DNA from: Candidatus Hydrogenedentota bacterium
GTDB lineage: Bacteria; Hydrogenedentota; Hydrogenedentia; Hydrogenedentales; SLHB01
Assembly: GCA_045863295.1 (NCBI GenBank)
Contig: BTWA01000015.1
Coordinates: 32,001 to 96,000 of the forward strand
Reading direction: 5' to 3'
DNA length: 64,000 nt
In this document: piece after piece, positions 21,082 to 31,135 of the stretch
Position numbering within the stretch: the stretch's first letter is position 1
How the letters are laid out: each line of letters opens with the position of its first letter
Notes under the pieces: model-generated
Database searches by the model: none
What the model was told of the DNA's origin: nothing
Seen by the model: only the letters and a program-made list of their open reading frames with translations
Position numbers and translations under genes: made by a program

Positions 21082-21630
21082 TCAAGAAAAAAAGGAAAGT
21101 CGCGTTTTCCCGTATGTGGTTTCCCTGTTTAAGGTTAACTCCCCTGCTTGAGAGGGCATTGTCACGTGAGCGTCATGTTCAATTATGACGCGTCCGCCGG
21201 AACTCAAAAGAGCGAACGTGCTCACTCCTTTCAGCAATTCGCTGTAATTGGAGAAATCGAACGGCGGATCGGCGTAAATCACGTCGAAAGGACCGGCGTT
21301 CTTGGAGAGCACCTCCAATCCCGCTGGCAGCTTCAGACGCATGAGGCGGGCTCGATTGTGTACTTTCGTGTGGGCGAGATTTCGTTTGATGGTGTCGATA
21401 CAGCGGAGGTCGGAGTCGACGAAAACACATGACGCGGCGTGGCGGCTAAGGGCCTCAATGCCATTCGCGCCGGTCCCAGCGAACAAGTCTGCAAAGTGTA
21501 GACCTGTGAGCGATTGGCCCAATATGTTGAACGAGGACTCCCGCACTCGGTCCAATGTGGGTCGTACGTTTGGTCCCTTGGGGATTTCCAGTCGCAATCC
21601 CTTCCACTCGCCAGCGATGATTCGTAACAC
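21082..21630 (-). CDS. rsmD: 16S rRNA m2G966 methyltransferase
   Basis: RIIAG, RPTLDRVRES, DLFAGTG, YADPPF, YGKT. Confidence 0.95.
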   Translation of the reverse strand: MLRIIAGEWKGLRLEIPKGPNVRPTLDRVRESSFNILGQSLTGLHFADLFAGTGANGIEALSRHAASCVFVDSDLRCIDTIKRNLAHTKVHNRARLMRLKLPAGLEVLSKNAGPFDVIYADPPFDFSNYSELLKGVSTFALLSSGGRVIIEHDAHVTMPSQAGELTLNRETTYGKTRLSFFS

Positions 21631-21756
21631 GGATGTCCCCTGTCGTTAGAACTGCCGTTTGAGGTTCTTACGATATGGATGATTTCATTGGGTATTTGCA
21701 CGCGGAGCGATGGAGTAACTGAAACATAACATCTTCAATTGCTGTATTTGCCGGGT

Positions 21757-21962
21757 TGTGGAAAACCTGTGGACGACGGAGGCATGACAGTACCAATACA
21801 GCACAAGATTGGAGCCGAGGGCTGAATTGATCCCTGAACAAAACTCATTAAGTATCCTGTTTCCATGCGTTTAAGCGAATGGCCTTGTTGAAGCACCGAA
21901 GAAGTGCCGTCTCAGGGCACGTGAACAATAGCAGACACACGGTGTGGATAAGTTGTGGAAAA
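21757..21962. promoter_or_regulatory. DnaA-box cluster
   Basis: TGTGGATAA (perfect, 21943-21951), TGTGGAAAA (21954-21962 and 21757-21765), TGTGGACGA (21768-21776). Confidence 0.65.
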
Positions 21963-21997
21963 ACGCGTTCCAAACACGAAAATGCCGCAAGACCGGA

Positions 21998-23509
21998 TTA
22001 ATGGCCCATATGGGCCGCTTTGATGGATTCCAGTCTTGGAACCGTGTATGTACCCATCACCATCTGGTCGAAGATGCTGACGTCGGTGCAATAAAGCCTC
22101 GCATTCTCCAAGTTGATTTTCCCGTCCTTGTAGAGTTTCAGGAGATAGGACTCGAAGAGAAATGAATGCGACACTGTTTGCTGCATTCCCACGCGAATAC
22201 CGTCGGTATCGCCCTCAATTATGCCGTCATTGATGGCCTTAATATCATTGAACAGTACTTCAATGGCAGGGACTCGTCCGCCGCCGATTTTAGGAATTAG
22301 CCGTTGACAGACGACGCAACGGAGGGCGTCGCGTAATTGAAGCTTTACCAAATCGCGTTCGATGGGATCGAAGAAACTGACGATTCGGTTGACCACTTCG
22401 TACGCCGTGTTGGAATGCAGGGTACTAATGACCAAGTGGCCGGTGGCGGCTGCGTTTATCGCGGAGCGAATGGTGTCAGGATCGCGCATTTCACCGATAA
22501 CGATGGTGTCAGGGTCGTGCCTCAGCGCTCCGGTCACGGCCAGGCCGAACGTGGCGACGTCGATGCCCGTGTCACGCTGGGAGACGATGGCTTTCTTGTT
22601 TTTATGCACATATTCCACGGGATTTTCAATGGTAAGTACGTGGTAGCTGTAGTTTGTATTGATGTAATCCACGACGGAAGCAACAGTCGTTGACTTGCCG
22701 CTACCGGTCATGCCGACGACAAGGACCAAGCCGTGGTGATAGTGCGCAAGCGTCTCCATAATGTCACGGGGAATGTGCAATTCCTCGAACGACGGAATCG
22801 TTTCGGGTAGAAACCGGAAGGTCAAGTGTGGCGAACCGGCCTTAACGAAACACGAGACGCGAGAATAGCCCAAGCCGATTTGGTGGTAGTTGAAGCTGGC
22901 TTGCTTGGTTTCCTCGAATTCTTTCCAATCTTTGTCAGGGGCGATTTCGCGGATAAGGGAGGTGAGTTGGGTTGCGGAAACGCGCCCGAGGACTTCACTG
23001 GGGTGTGTATCGCCATCTACGCGAAAGTAAGCAGGTTGGCCCGGGCTGAGATGAATGTCGCTGGCCTTGTATTCGACCATGGCCTTGAAGATGAGTTCAG
23101 TGCTGAGGTGTTCGACCCGGTACAGGTCGCCTCGAATGCGCCAAACCTCCGGCAAGTTTACTTCCTCTGAAAACTTGCCGAGCCCTTCCAGTGCCCGTTC
23201 CAAGCTGGCTTCCGGCGAGGATGGAAATTTTAGTACGTGCCAACCGTCATCTTGTGAGAGGCTGCATACATCGCCATAACTTTGCGCGGCGGATTCCATA
23301 CATTTTAGGGCATACCCTTTGGCACGCGCGCGGACAGTGAAGGATTCGAACTCACTTTCGAAGTTGGCGCGTTCCGCCATGATTTCGACGGCGCTGGATC
23401 GGCAAATAATCTTTCTGGGCACGCCCTCTTTATGCCGTAAGACTTTTTCGGCTTCGCTGACAATCTGCTGGGCGGTCTTCTTATTGCCGACTCCGATAAT
23501 GAACTCCAT
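21998..23509 (-). CDS. pilT: PilT/PilU-family type IV pilus ATPase with N-terminal extension
   Basis: ASDIHL, GMTGSGKS Walker A, TIENPVEY, ALRHDPDTIVIGEMRD, TGHLVISTLH, GMQ. Confidence 0.85.
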   Translation of the reverse strand: MEFIIGVGNKKTAQQIVSEAEKVLRHKEGVPRKIICRSSAVEIMAERANFESEFESFTVRARAKGYALKCMESAAQSYGDVCSLSQDDGWHVLKFPSSPEASLERALEGLGKFSEEVNLPEVWRIRGDLYRVEHLSTELIFKAMVEYKASDIHLSPGQPAYFRVDGDTHPSEVLGRVSATQLTSLIREIAPDKDWKEFEETKQASFNYHQIGLGYSRVSCFVKAGSPHLTFRFLPETIPSFEELHIPRDIMETLAHYHHGLVLVVGMTGSGKSTTVASVVDYINTNYSYHVLTIENPVEYVHKNKKAIVSQRDTGIDVATFGLAVTGALRHDPDTIVIGEMRDPDTIRSAINAAATGHLVISTLHSNTAYEVVNRIVSFFDPIERDLVKLQLRDALRCVVCQRLIPKIGGGRVPAIEVLFNDIKAINDGIIEGDTDGIRVGMQQTVSHSFLFESYLLKLYKDGKINLENARLYCTDVSIFDQMVMGTYTVPRLESIKAAHMGH

Positions 23510-23731
23510 GGCGTCCTCCCCCGAGAATGCGCTGAGAACACAAACTGGCTCGTCTGTTCCGCATCACTATACCGGTCCCTATGGCGGCGGTCAATGCATG
23601 GGAGAAAAGTGCGGCCGTTTTTGCACGGGAATCGCGCAACTAAACAGCTTGTTTGAATCGTATGCGCGGGATTTTTATACTGTATGAGGCATGTTTCAGC
23701 GATTTGCGACCCATCAGGGGAGGGGGTAACC

Positions 23732-23965
23732 GTGTCAGAGGAAGATATTCAGCCGGGGTACTTTCGCGATGCGGATGGCAATATTTGGCCGGATCGCCGC
23801 CAATTTGTCGAGCGCCGCAAACATAGTGTTGCGATCAAATTCAAAGATCGCCGCCAAGAGGGTCGCCGGAAAGCTAACGAGCATATTCAGGAAATGGATG
23901 CCAAGGAACAGATTGAAGAGGCCATGGTGGAATTTGAAGAACAGCACAGGCATCCGGAATCTTAG
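23732..23965 (+). CDS. Small hypothetical protein with DRR/ERR repeats
   Basis: GGAGG RBS before GTG 23732; PDRRQFVERRK...DRRQEGRRK. Confidence 0.65.
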   Translation: MSEEDIQPGYFRDADGNIWPDRRQFVERRKHSVAIKFKDRRQEGRRKANEHIQEMDAKEQIEEAMVEFEEQHRHPES

Positions 23966-24087
23966 TTGGAGCAATTCCGCCAATCCGGGCTGACATGCCT
24001 TCTTTGTCTCCCCTTCCCACGATGTCCAGTCTCTTGTCGTTGACTTGCGACCGTCGTTAGTCGCTGGAGACGATGGGTTCTTCCCAA

Positions 24088-24837
24088 TTAGTCCGCCTGT
24101 CTGCGGTGTTGAATGATAGTGAGTTTCTGCCAGATTTTGCGTGACAATCCGTTTGCGAGATTCTCGATGTCATTGGCGGCTTCCAGAACCACCGGCTCAT
24201 GAAACCGCTGCACATACAGCGCGGCGATTTTCCCGATAATCGACAGCATTTCACTGCAATAATCGAGGTATCGCGTCACTTGGAAGGGAGTGAGGTGAAG
24301 CCTGGGTGATGTGTCGGTTGGTTCATTGTCCCAGAGGCGACCGGGGTCCTTGGGCATTTGGTGCATGTCGATGACGTGGGCAAGCGCCCTCAACTCGTGA
24401 ATGGCTTTTAGAGCCTCTCTGCGCTTAATGCGTGATTCCACGGTTACCAGAAAGAATATGCCGCCACCACCGAGGATGACGATGTTGATGCCGGCTTCCA
24501 GCGCCGTTACAAACTCGGCAATGCCCAATCCGCCTTCGGGGGCACTCAAGATTATGGGTAATAGTACGAATGCTCCAATAAGGGCCAGAATTACGAAGGC
24601 ACTTGCCGCGCGCAGTGCATAGTTAGGTCTGTCAATCCACGCGGCACGGTCATGCGCCTTTCGTGCCACATCGAGAAGTTCATCGCACACGCGGGCAAGA
24701 TTGGCGTCGGGAAAGCGTTCGTGAATGCGCTTGCACAACGTTTCCGTAGTGGCAATGACCTTCGCGGCGTTCAGACTTTTGTACATGAGTCCAATCCGGT
24801 TGTCTTTGCCATAGGAGTATGGCAGTGAATGATACAT
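24088..24837 (-). CDS. Hypothetical two-TM membrane protein
   Basis: Long ORF, two hydrophobic helices, AHVIDMHQ and RYLDYCSEMLS segments; start may be 24786. Confidence 0.75.
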   Translation of the reverse strand: MYHSLPYSYGKDNRIGLMYKSLNAAKVIATTETLCKRIHERFPDANLARVCDELLDVARKAHDRAAWIDRPNYALRAASAFVILALIGAFVLLPIILSAPEGGLGIAEFVTALEAGINIVILGGGGIFFLVTVESRIKRREALKAIHELRALAHVIDMHQMPKDPGRLWDNEPTDTSPRLHLTPFQVTRYLDYCSEMLSIIGKIAALYVQRFHEPVVLEAANDIENLANGLSRKIWQKLTIIQHRRQAD

Positions 24838-24857
24838 CGCAACAGTCTACGAAAGAG

Positions 24858-24891
24858 AACCGCCTCTGGGGCGGCTGCCCTGGAGGCGGTT
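24858..24891 (-). terminator. Intrinsic terminator after the lytic transglycosylase gene
   Basis: AACCGCCTC...GAGGCGGTT stem followed by a T-rich tract on the minus strand. Confidence 0.6.
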
Positions 24892-24921
24892 ACGTCAGTC
24901 CAATGCATGCACGGCGAGGTA

Positions 24922-27381
24922 CTATTTGGTGTAGACCGTAATCTTTTCACCAATCTTGAGCGACGGATCGCTGGTCCAATTGTTCCATTTGTACAATACG
25001 TCCCGGCTGACGTTGTATTTCTTGGCAATAGTCCAAGGGCTTTCGCCACTTCGGACCGTATGTGTTGACTTCTTGCCTTGTTGCGAATCGGAGGCTTGAC
25101 CCGTAGGGGCCACCGCGCTACCGCTTCCCCCCACTTTGACCTTTTCGCCCACCTTCAGCACCGATTTGGGGGTCATGTTGTTCAGCGCGAGAAAAGCGCT
25201 GAGCGACATACCATATTTCTGCGCGATGACCGACGCGCTTTCTCCGGATGCGACCTTGTGCGTAGCGACAGCGGCCGTGGGAGCAGTGTTGGCATCATTG
25301 CCAGAGCCGCCGTCGACAATGACTTCTTGTCCAACAGACAGGGTTGATTTCTTGGTCATGCTATTCCATGCCAAGAGTTGATCGAGGCTGACGCCGTACT
25401 TGTTGGCAATTATCCAGGGGCTTTCGCCTGCCGCCACTCTGTGAGTGCGCTTGGTTTCCTTGGCGGCATTGGATTCAGCATTTGACACAACCGGCACGAT
25501 TTCCGCCGTTGTGCCCACCATTTCGGTCTCAGGCTTCACGGAAGCGTCGATCGTGACCGTGGGATTGTATAGAACGAGTTTGTCTCCCACCTGGATAACG
25601 GTATCTTTGGAGAGCTTGTTCCATGCGAGTAAATCGTTGACCTTCACACCGTACTTCTGTGCGATTGCCGCCGGAAATTCACCGGATTTCACTACATGAG
25701 TCACCGTGTCGCCAACGGGATCGTCAATCTTGGCGAGCTTAACGTCGCCGGAACTGGAGCCGCCGACCACAAGCGTTTCACCCACATTGATGTGCGACCG
25801 GTTTTGAAGATTGTTCCATTTGCGCAGGTCTGCAACGGAAACGCCGTATTTGGTTGCGATCTCGCCCAAGGTGTCCCCGTGCTTGACCTTGTACTGCTGC
25901 GAGTTCCCCCCTTTGGGGGCGGCATCCGTTTCCACGGCAGCAACCACGGCCGGTGAAGGTTCTTCGCTGGAGCCTCCTGGGATTACAAGTTTCTTTCCGG
26001 TATAGAGGCGATTGGCGTGTTTGATGTTGTTGGAAGCCATCAATTCGCGTTCATCCACGCGGTACTTCTTGGCAATGCCGGATATGGTATCGCCGCGCCG
26101 CACTACATGAACTTTTCCTCCACCCGATCTTCTGGCGCTGGGAGTGTCGGAGGCCAGCATGGTCCCCGTATCCTGCTTGGTTTTCGACAGGGCAGCGAGC
26201 ATGACTTCTTGAGAGCCCTTCGGGATCGCAATGGCGAATTCGCCTTCTCTCGGGGTCGCGCCTTGAATCAGTTCGGGATTCAGCCGCTTCAGGGTTCCGG
26301 TGGGCAGGCCCACCGACCGTTCAAGGCTGGCGAGCGAATAACTGCCGGATATGGTCATGCGCTCGATATCGTCGGGCGCTTGGGGTCGTTTTTCGAAACC
26401 GTATTTTTCAAAGTGTTTTCCTACAATGACCGTTGCCAGAAACTTGGGAAAGAATTTCTTGGTTTCCGTTTGAATGTGATTGGCCGCGGGGGGGGTCTCA
26501 AGCAGGCGCCAGAGATCGCGATCACCGCCGTTCATGGCAATGGCGCGCTCGAGGCCGTATTCGCCCATGTTGTACGCGGAGATAGCGAGTGGCCATTCTC
26601 CTTGAAACATGTTCCCGAGATCGGTGAGGTACCGTACGGCGGCCGCAGTTGCCTTTTCCCAATCACGCCGCTCGTCCACATATTTGTCGACGCGCAGACC
26701 ATACCGCCGCGCGGTGGCGGGCATAAACTGCCACATCCCGGCTGCGCCGGCGTGACTCACGACATTGGGATGAAACTGGCTTTCCACCATGGCAAGCCAC
26801 ACCAGATCTTTGGGCAAGCCTGCCTTAGCCAACTCGGTTTCGATGTGGGCGCGGTACTTAAAGCTGCGATCCAATCCGTATTGGAAGTTCTTGCGATACG
26901 CTTCCTGGATTTCATTGATCTCGTTTACAACCCGATCCGGCAATTGGGCTGGCACGGTGGACCCATTGGTATCGATTCCCAGTGAATTCAACGGCATGGG
27001 CATGGAGGGATCGCGATTGAACAATTCCGCGGTCTCTGCCGTGGAACTCAGGATGTGTGCGAACTCATCACGAAGGCCGTAGAACACGCCGGGGTCCAGA
27101 TCGGCTTCCACGAGCAGTTCCAGCATACGGTTGTAATGGCGTAGAGCGCCTTCGTTGTCGCCTTTTTCCTGGGCCTCATTGGCTTGGCGGAACGCTTCAT
27201 CGGCCGCGGCGAGCAACTCGGTTGTTGAAGGTTTGGAAACCGGCTCGAGGTCTTGTGCACCGACCCGAGCGACGGGTACAGGATCAAATTGATGTTCAGC
27301 GGTGTCTTTCGCGCATCCGGCGAAGAAGAGAGTTGCCCCTAATCCAGCCGACACCCAAAGACGCAGGGATTGTTTATGCAC
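24922..27381 (-). CDS. mltD: MltD-like lytic transglycosylase lipoprotein (SLT domain plus six LysM domains)
   Basis: FAGC lipobox, AMVES, GMWQFMP, AYNMG; six (H/Y)xVxxG(D/E) LysM units; AGGAG before GTG 27381. Confidence 0.88.
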   Translation of the reverse strand: MHKQSLRLWVSAGLGATLFFAGCAKDTAEHQFDPVPVARVGAQDLEPVSKPSTTELLAAADEAFRQANEAQEKGDNEGALRHYNRMLELLVEADLDPGVFYGLRDEFAHILSSTAETAELFNRDPSMPMPLNSLGIDTNGSTVPAQLPDRVVNEINEIQEAYRKNFQYGLDRSFKYRAHIETELAKAGLPKDLVWLAMVESQFHPNVVSHAGAAGMWQFMPATARRYGLRVDKYVDERRDWEKATAAAVRYLTDLGNMFQGEWPLAISAYNMGEYGLERAIAMNGGDRDLWRLLETPPAANHIQTETKKFFPKFLATVIVGKHFEKYGFEKRPQAPDDIERMTISGSYSLASLERSVGLPTGTLKRLNPELIQGATPREGEFAIAIPKGSQEVMLAALSKTKQDTGTMLASDTPSARRSGGGKVHVVRRGDTISGIAKKYRVDERELMASNNIKHANRLYTGKKLVIPGGSSEEPSPAVVAAVETDAAPKGGNSQQYKVKHGDTLGEIATKYGVSVADLRKWNNLQNRSHINVGETLVVGGSSSGDVKLAKIDDPVGDTVTHVVKSGEFPAAIAQKYGVKVNDLLAWNKLSKDTVIQVGDKLVLYNPTVTIDASVKPETEMVGTTAEIVPVVSNAESNAAKETKRTHRVAAGESPWIIANKYGVSLDQLLAWNSMTKKSTLSVGQEVIVDGGSGNDANTAPTAAVATHKVASGESASVIAQKYGMSLSAFLALNNMTPKSVLKVGEKVKVGGSGSAVAPTGQASDSQQGKKSTHTVRSGESPWTIAKKYNVSRDVLYKWNNWTSDPSLKIGEKITVYTK

Positions 27382-27693
27382 AGTAGTGGAACTCCTGCCT
27401 ATCATTTGGTGGTTGCGGTGCCACACCCTATGAGGGCGTAGTTTACAATACCAAGTATTGCGTGTCAAGAGATAAGGTTACTAAATATGGTATACTTGAG
27501 CCCCCTTGGAGGGAGTTGCGGCCCGTCAATTCTGGAGAATGCCCCTCATTTCGCCGCCGACACGCACAGAAAGACTGTTGACATCTGTTATGTTAACACA
27601 TTTTTGCGAAGCGCGTGACCGGAAACCCCTGGCACGTCCCCTTAACGACGACCTAACACGGCGCCGGGATCGTGCCGGATAAACGGGCTGGTG

Positions 27694-28152
27694 TCAAGTA
27701 CCTTGTACCGGGAGTGGTGATTGGCCGTGCGGTAACAGGTACAACATGACGTAAATCACGACCCCTGTTATGGAAACATACATCCAAACCGGCCAGAGCC
27801 AGCGCGTGATGCGCGTATGCCTCGCGTACTGACCTTTCATGGCAAATATTACGGCGGCGATGACAAACGGAGTCATGAGCGCGGCCAAAGGGGTATGCGT
27901 CAAGAGTATGGCGAAATAGATCATTCGCATTGGGCCTTCGCCTTGGTAGCGCACAGAACCCGCATGGTAGTGATAATAGAGGTAACAGGAAAGAAACGTA
28001 GCCGATGCAACCAGAGCCGCGGCCATCAGATAGCGATGCATTTCCGGCCGACCCTTTTTTATGGCAATCCAACCGAGAAGCAGGAATACCGCGGCGAGTC
28101 CGTTCAGGGTTGCATTTACGGTCGGGAGTATGGGCACGTTCACTGGGGCCAA
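27694..28152 (-). CDS. DUF420 family membrane protein
   Basis: LPTVNATLN, FLSCYLYYH, ILLTH, WMYVSITGV. Confidence 0.9.
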   Translation of the reverse strand: MAPVNVPILPTVNATLNGLAAVFLLLGWIAIKKGRPEMHRYLMAAALVASATFLSCYLYYHYHAGSVRYQGEGPMRMIYFAILLTHTPLAALMTPFVIAAVIFAMKGQYARHTRITRWLWPVWMYVSITGVVIYVMLYLLPHGQSPLPVQGT

Positions 28153-28754
28153 TCCTGAATTAGCAGGTTTATGTCAGCGGTCAGGAGCGGTATGGACTGG
28201 TCTTCCACTCCAGAGTATAGAGAGCGCAAGTTGCCTTGGCTGTCCACGAGTAAGAAACGCTGGGTATGGGCCATGGGCGTTTCCGGCACGCCGACTTTGA
28301 AGCCTTGCTCGCCCATGAGTCGATCCAGTTCCGCCTTTGGCCCGGTGAGAAAGTGCCACCGGGAGGTGTCTGCCTGATATCGCTCGGCATACTGGGAAAG
28401 GACATCGGGATTATCGACGTCCGGGTCGGTGGTGATTGAAACGAAATGGACTCTGGAGTCGTTCTCAAATGCCTTGTACAATTTTTTGAAGTTCGACGCC
28501 ATGACGGGGCAGGCACCTTCGCACGACGTGAGAAAGAAGTCGACGACCCAGATCTTGCCCTTGAGCGATTCGGAGTCAAATGGCACCCCACCGGGTCCGG
28601 TTAGGGTGAAATTGGGTGCTTGCCAAAGCACTGGAAGTTGGGGCTCTTCAAACGTCTGCGTTTTCCCCAATCCCCGTTGCGCGAAATAGGGCGTCAGGCC
28701 GAGTCCAAGACAAAGCAGTGCAAGTACGACAACGAGACCGGTACGACGGGACAT
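28140..28754 (-). CDS. SCO family copper chaperone
   Basis: FFLTSCEGACP CxxxC, SITTDP, WHFLTG, conserved His. Confidence 0.92.
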   Translation of the reverse strand: MSRRTGLVVVLALLCLGLGLTPYFAQRGLGKTQTFEEPQLPVLWQAPNFTLTGPGGVPFDSESLKGKIWVVDFFLTSCEGACPVMASNFKKLYKAFENDSRVHFVSITTDPDVDNPDVLSQYAERYQADTSRWHFLTGPKAELDRLMGEQGFKVGVPETPMAHTQRFLLVDSQGNLRSLYSGVEDQSIPLLTADINLLIQDWPQ

Positions 28755-28757
28755 ACG

Positions 28758-29747
28758 TTACAGGGCTCCCACCCATGAAAAGCTGGACAAACTGAAGTCC
28801 AACACGATAAGACCCAGAAGCGCAGGCAGGTACATAACGGATACCTTCAGAACGCGCCGTGCGCCGGCATGGGTACCGGTGCGCATGAGGGAATAGCTTG
28901 CGGACAGAAACCACAAACCGAGTGCCACAGCGCCGGCCGCATAAAGCGGTCCGGAGAGGTGGATTACCGCGGGAATCAACGAAATGGGAATCAGCAGGGC
29001 GGCAAAGAAGACGGTTTGACGGAAGGTGCGGCGGCCAGTAGGGTCTTCACAAGGCAACATTTTAAATCCGGCCTCTGCATAGTCCTCCCTGAAGAGCCAG
29101 GCAATGGAATAGAAGTGCGGCATCTGCCATATGAAAAGGATTGCGAAAAGCGCCCACGCACCGGGATCCAGGTGGCCGGTGGCGGCCGTCCACCCTCCCA
29201 TGGGCGGAAGTGCGCCGGGTACGGCGCCGATGAGTGTATTCAGCCATGAATACCGCTTCATGGGGGTGTAGACCAACACGTACAGAAAGGTGGTCAGTAA
29301 GGCGAGAAACGCTGTGAGGGCGTTGATTTTGATGAGAAGTACAAAAGTTCCCCCCAGCACCAAGTATTCGCCGAAAAGCAGGGCATGGATTGGGGAGATG
29401 GCGCCAGAGGGTATCGGGCGGTTCTTCGTCCGGCGCATTTTGGCGTCGAATTCCCGTTCGAGATATTGGTTAAGGACGCCCGCTCCGCTCGAGGTCATGG
29501 ACACGCCAAGCAGCAGGAAGAAGAGACCTTCCAAGGAATGCAGTCCCATGCCGCCGAGGAAATAGCCCAAGCCCGCCGTAATCAAGACCATGGTGACGAT
29601 TCTGGGTTTGGTCATTTCCATGTACGCCCGGAATGGAATGCTCTTCAGCCGGAGCGCCGCTTGTGCAAAAAAGGGGGGTGTTTCGATTGCCATTGTACCA
29701 GTAAATCTCACCTTGCTTGAGACCCGGCGGACCGGGGTCCGCATCAA
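28758..29747 (-). CDS. cyoE: Protoheme IX farnesyltransferase (heme o synthase)
   Basis: TKPRI, DAKMRRTKNRPIPSG, YTPMKR, WQMPHF, EDY; true start may be 29693. Confidence 0.93.
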   Translation of the reverse strand: MMRTPVRRVSSKVRFTGTMAIETPPFFAQAALRLKSIPFRAYMEMTKPRIVTMVLITAGLGYFLGGMGLHSLEGLFFLLLGVSMTSSGAGVLNQYLEREFDAKMRRTKNRPIPSGAISPIHALLFGEYLVLGGTFVLLIKINALTAFLALLTTFLYVLVYTPMKRYSWLNTLIGAVPGALPPMGGWTAATGHLDPGAWALFAILFIWQMPHFYSIAWLFREDYAEAGFKMLPCEDPTGRRTFRQTVFFAALLIPISLIPAVIHLSGPLYAAGAVALGLWFLSASYSLMRTGTHAGARRVLKVSVMYLPALLGLIVLDFSLSSFSWVGAL

Positions 29748-29920
29748 ATCGTGATATTTAACACGATCTCGGCGAGGATTTCCAGTTTTTGACTGGGGGG
29801 CTCATGTATAGCGGTGCTGGCGGCAGGTGTTCACCACGAATTCCCATTCTAAGCGACCCGCCGCCCTTCAGGTGTGCCTTCCGGGCGGCGGGTAGCTGGG
29901 AATGTAGCTGAGCGTGGGCG

Positions 29921-30700
29921 CTAGATCGCGGCAGACTCGTCGGCCAGCGCTTCTTTGCCAGCCAGCTTTGTTCGCTTGGCCTTGGGTATGAGCATTGGTG
30001 TCGCTTTCCGGTACTCAACATAGTCTTGGCCGTGGAACGTTACGAGATCCTTCTCTTCGAACTGTATCGCGATGAGGATATATGCCGTTGTCATCACCGC
30101 GAAAATCAGATGTGCGAGAGTCATGGTTGGAGTTGCCCAAAACGCCATGAGCCAGCCTACGTATAGGGGGTGCCGCACGTGCCTATAGGGTCCCGGCGTC
30201 TTGAATGCCAAGGGGGTATAGGGCTTGCCCATCAGGAACAGCGTGACTTGCCTCAGTCCAAATAGATCGAAATGGTTAATTAGAAAGGTCGTGGCCAAGA
30301 CAATCAGCCAACCCGCGGCAAACAGCGTGTGCAGGATGGCCCTGAGGGTGGGTTCCTCGATTTCCCACACAACACCTCCCATGGGTTCCCAGAAGGCGAA
30401 TAGAAGAAACAGCGCCAGGCTTGAAAAGAGAGTGTAGGTGCTCCGTTCTGCCGATTCCGGGATGATTCGGGTCCACCACTTCTTAAACGAGGGTCTTGCC
30501 ATCACGCTGTGCTGAAGTGCAAAGACGCTAAGCAACCCCGCATTGACAATCAAGGCGTATTCCAATGGCGAATCAGGTCGCCCGTCTATGGACTTGGGTA
30601 CGGCGACGTTTCCAATGAAACCAATGGCGTAGAGAAAGCAGATGAGAAAGACGGCGTAACTGAAGACGCCATAGGCAAAGACAAGTATACGTGCTACCAT
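29921..30700 (-). CDS. mddA: MddA-like methanethiol S-methyltransferase (ICMT/PEMT superfamily)
   Basis: FLYAIGF, VPKSID, QHSVMARPSFKKWW, ERSTY, HFDLFGLRQ, VRHPLY, EEKDL. Confidence 0.8.
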   Translation of the reverse strand: MVARILVFAYGVFSYAVFLICFLYAIGFIGNVAVPKSIDGRPDSPLEYALIVNAGLLSVFALQHSVMARPSFKKWWTRIIPESAERSTYTLFSSLALFLLFAFWEPMGGVVWEIEEPTLRAILHTLFAAGWLIVLATTFLINHFDLFGLRQVTLFLMGKPYTPLAFKTPGPYRHVRHPLYVGWLMAFWATPTMTLAHLIFAVMTTAYILIAIQFEEKDLVTFHGQDYVEYRKATPMLIPKAKRTKLAGKEALADESAAI

Positions 30701-30953
30701 TTTTGGGGGGCCTCCTTTGGTTTCTTGATGGTGTTCCAGAACATACGATCGAGGCAGGAACAGAGGGCGAACAGAGGGCCATTTCCGGGATTCCTGTGAC
30801 ATTCCGCCTGTTCAATTGATTTGTGAACGGCGGTGATGCCCTGCTGTCCGTCATGTTGTTCTGCCTGTTTCGGCGTTTCTTTCACCTCAATCCTTCCTCT
30901 TTTTGTGTTCTTGGCGGCTACTGTTCGTATTAGCCGCGCCAAAAGAACAGAGG

Positions 30954-30969
30954 GCAAGTGGGATGCCAA
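30954..30969 (-). promoter_or_regulatory. Sigma-54 (-24/-12) promoter for mddA
   Basis: Minus strand TTGGCATCCCACTTGC, GG-N10-GC spacing; an enhancer-binding protein gene is adjacent. Confidence 0.8.
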
Positions 30970-31036
30970 TTGGAGGAACGAAGCACAACCTGTTGAATAC
31001 CATCGTGTTGGGAAAAATTGGCCAAAAATCTACGAG

Positions 31037-31093
31037 TCGTGAAGATTCGCAATTTGCGAGATTTCGCGACTCCTTCTTGCGAAAAGATGCGAA
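31037..31093. promoter_or_regulatory. Putative upstream activator sites for the sigma-54 activator
   Basis: Palindrome TCGCAA-T-TTGCGA (31047-31059) with further TGCGA/TCGCGA half-sites; IHF-like CAACCTGTTGAAT at 30986-30998. Confidence 0.55.
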
Positions 31094-31135
31094 CACAAAC
31101 CGTGTTTTGGACGTGAGGCGCTTTTTGAGTAGAGA

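Noticed and set aside
27478..27493. NrdR-box-like TTACTAAATATGGTAT upstream of mltD
   Set aside because: Weaker match in AT-rich promoter DNA with no functional link.
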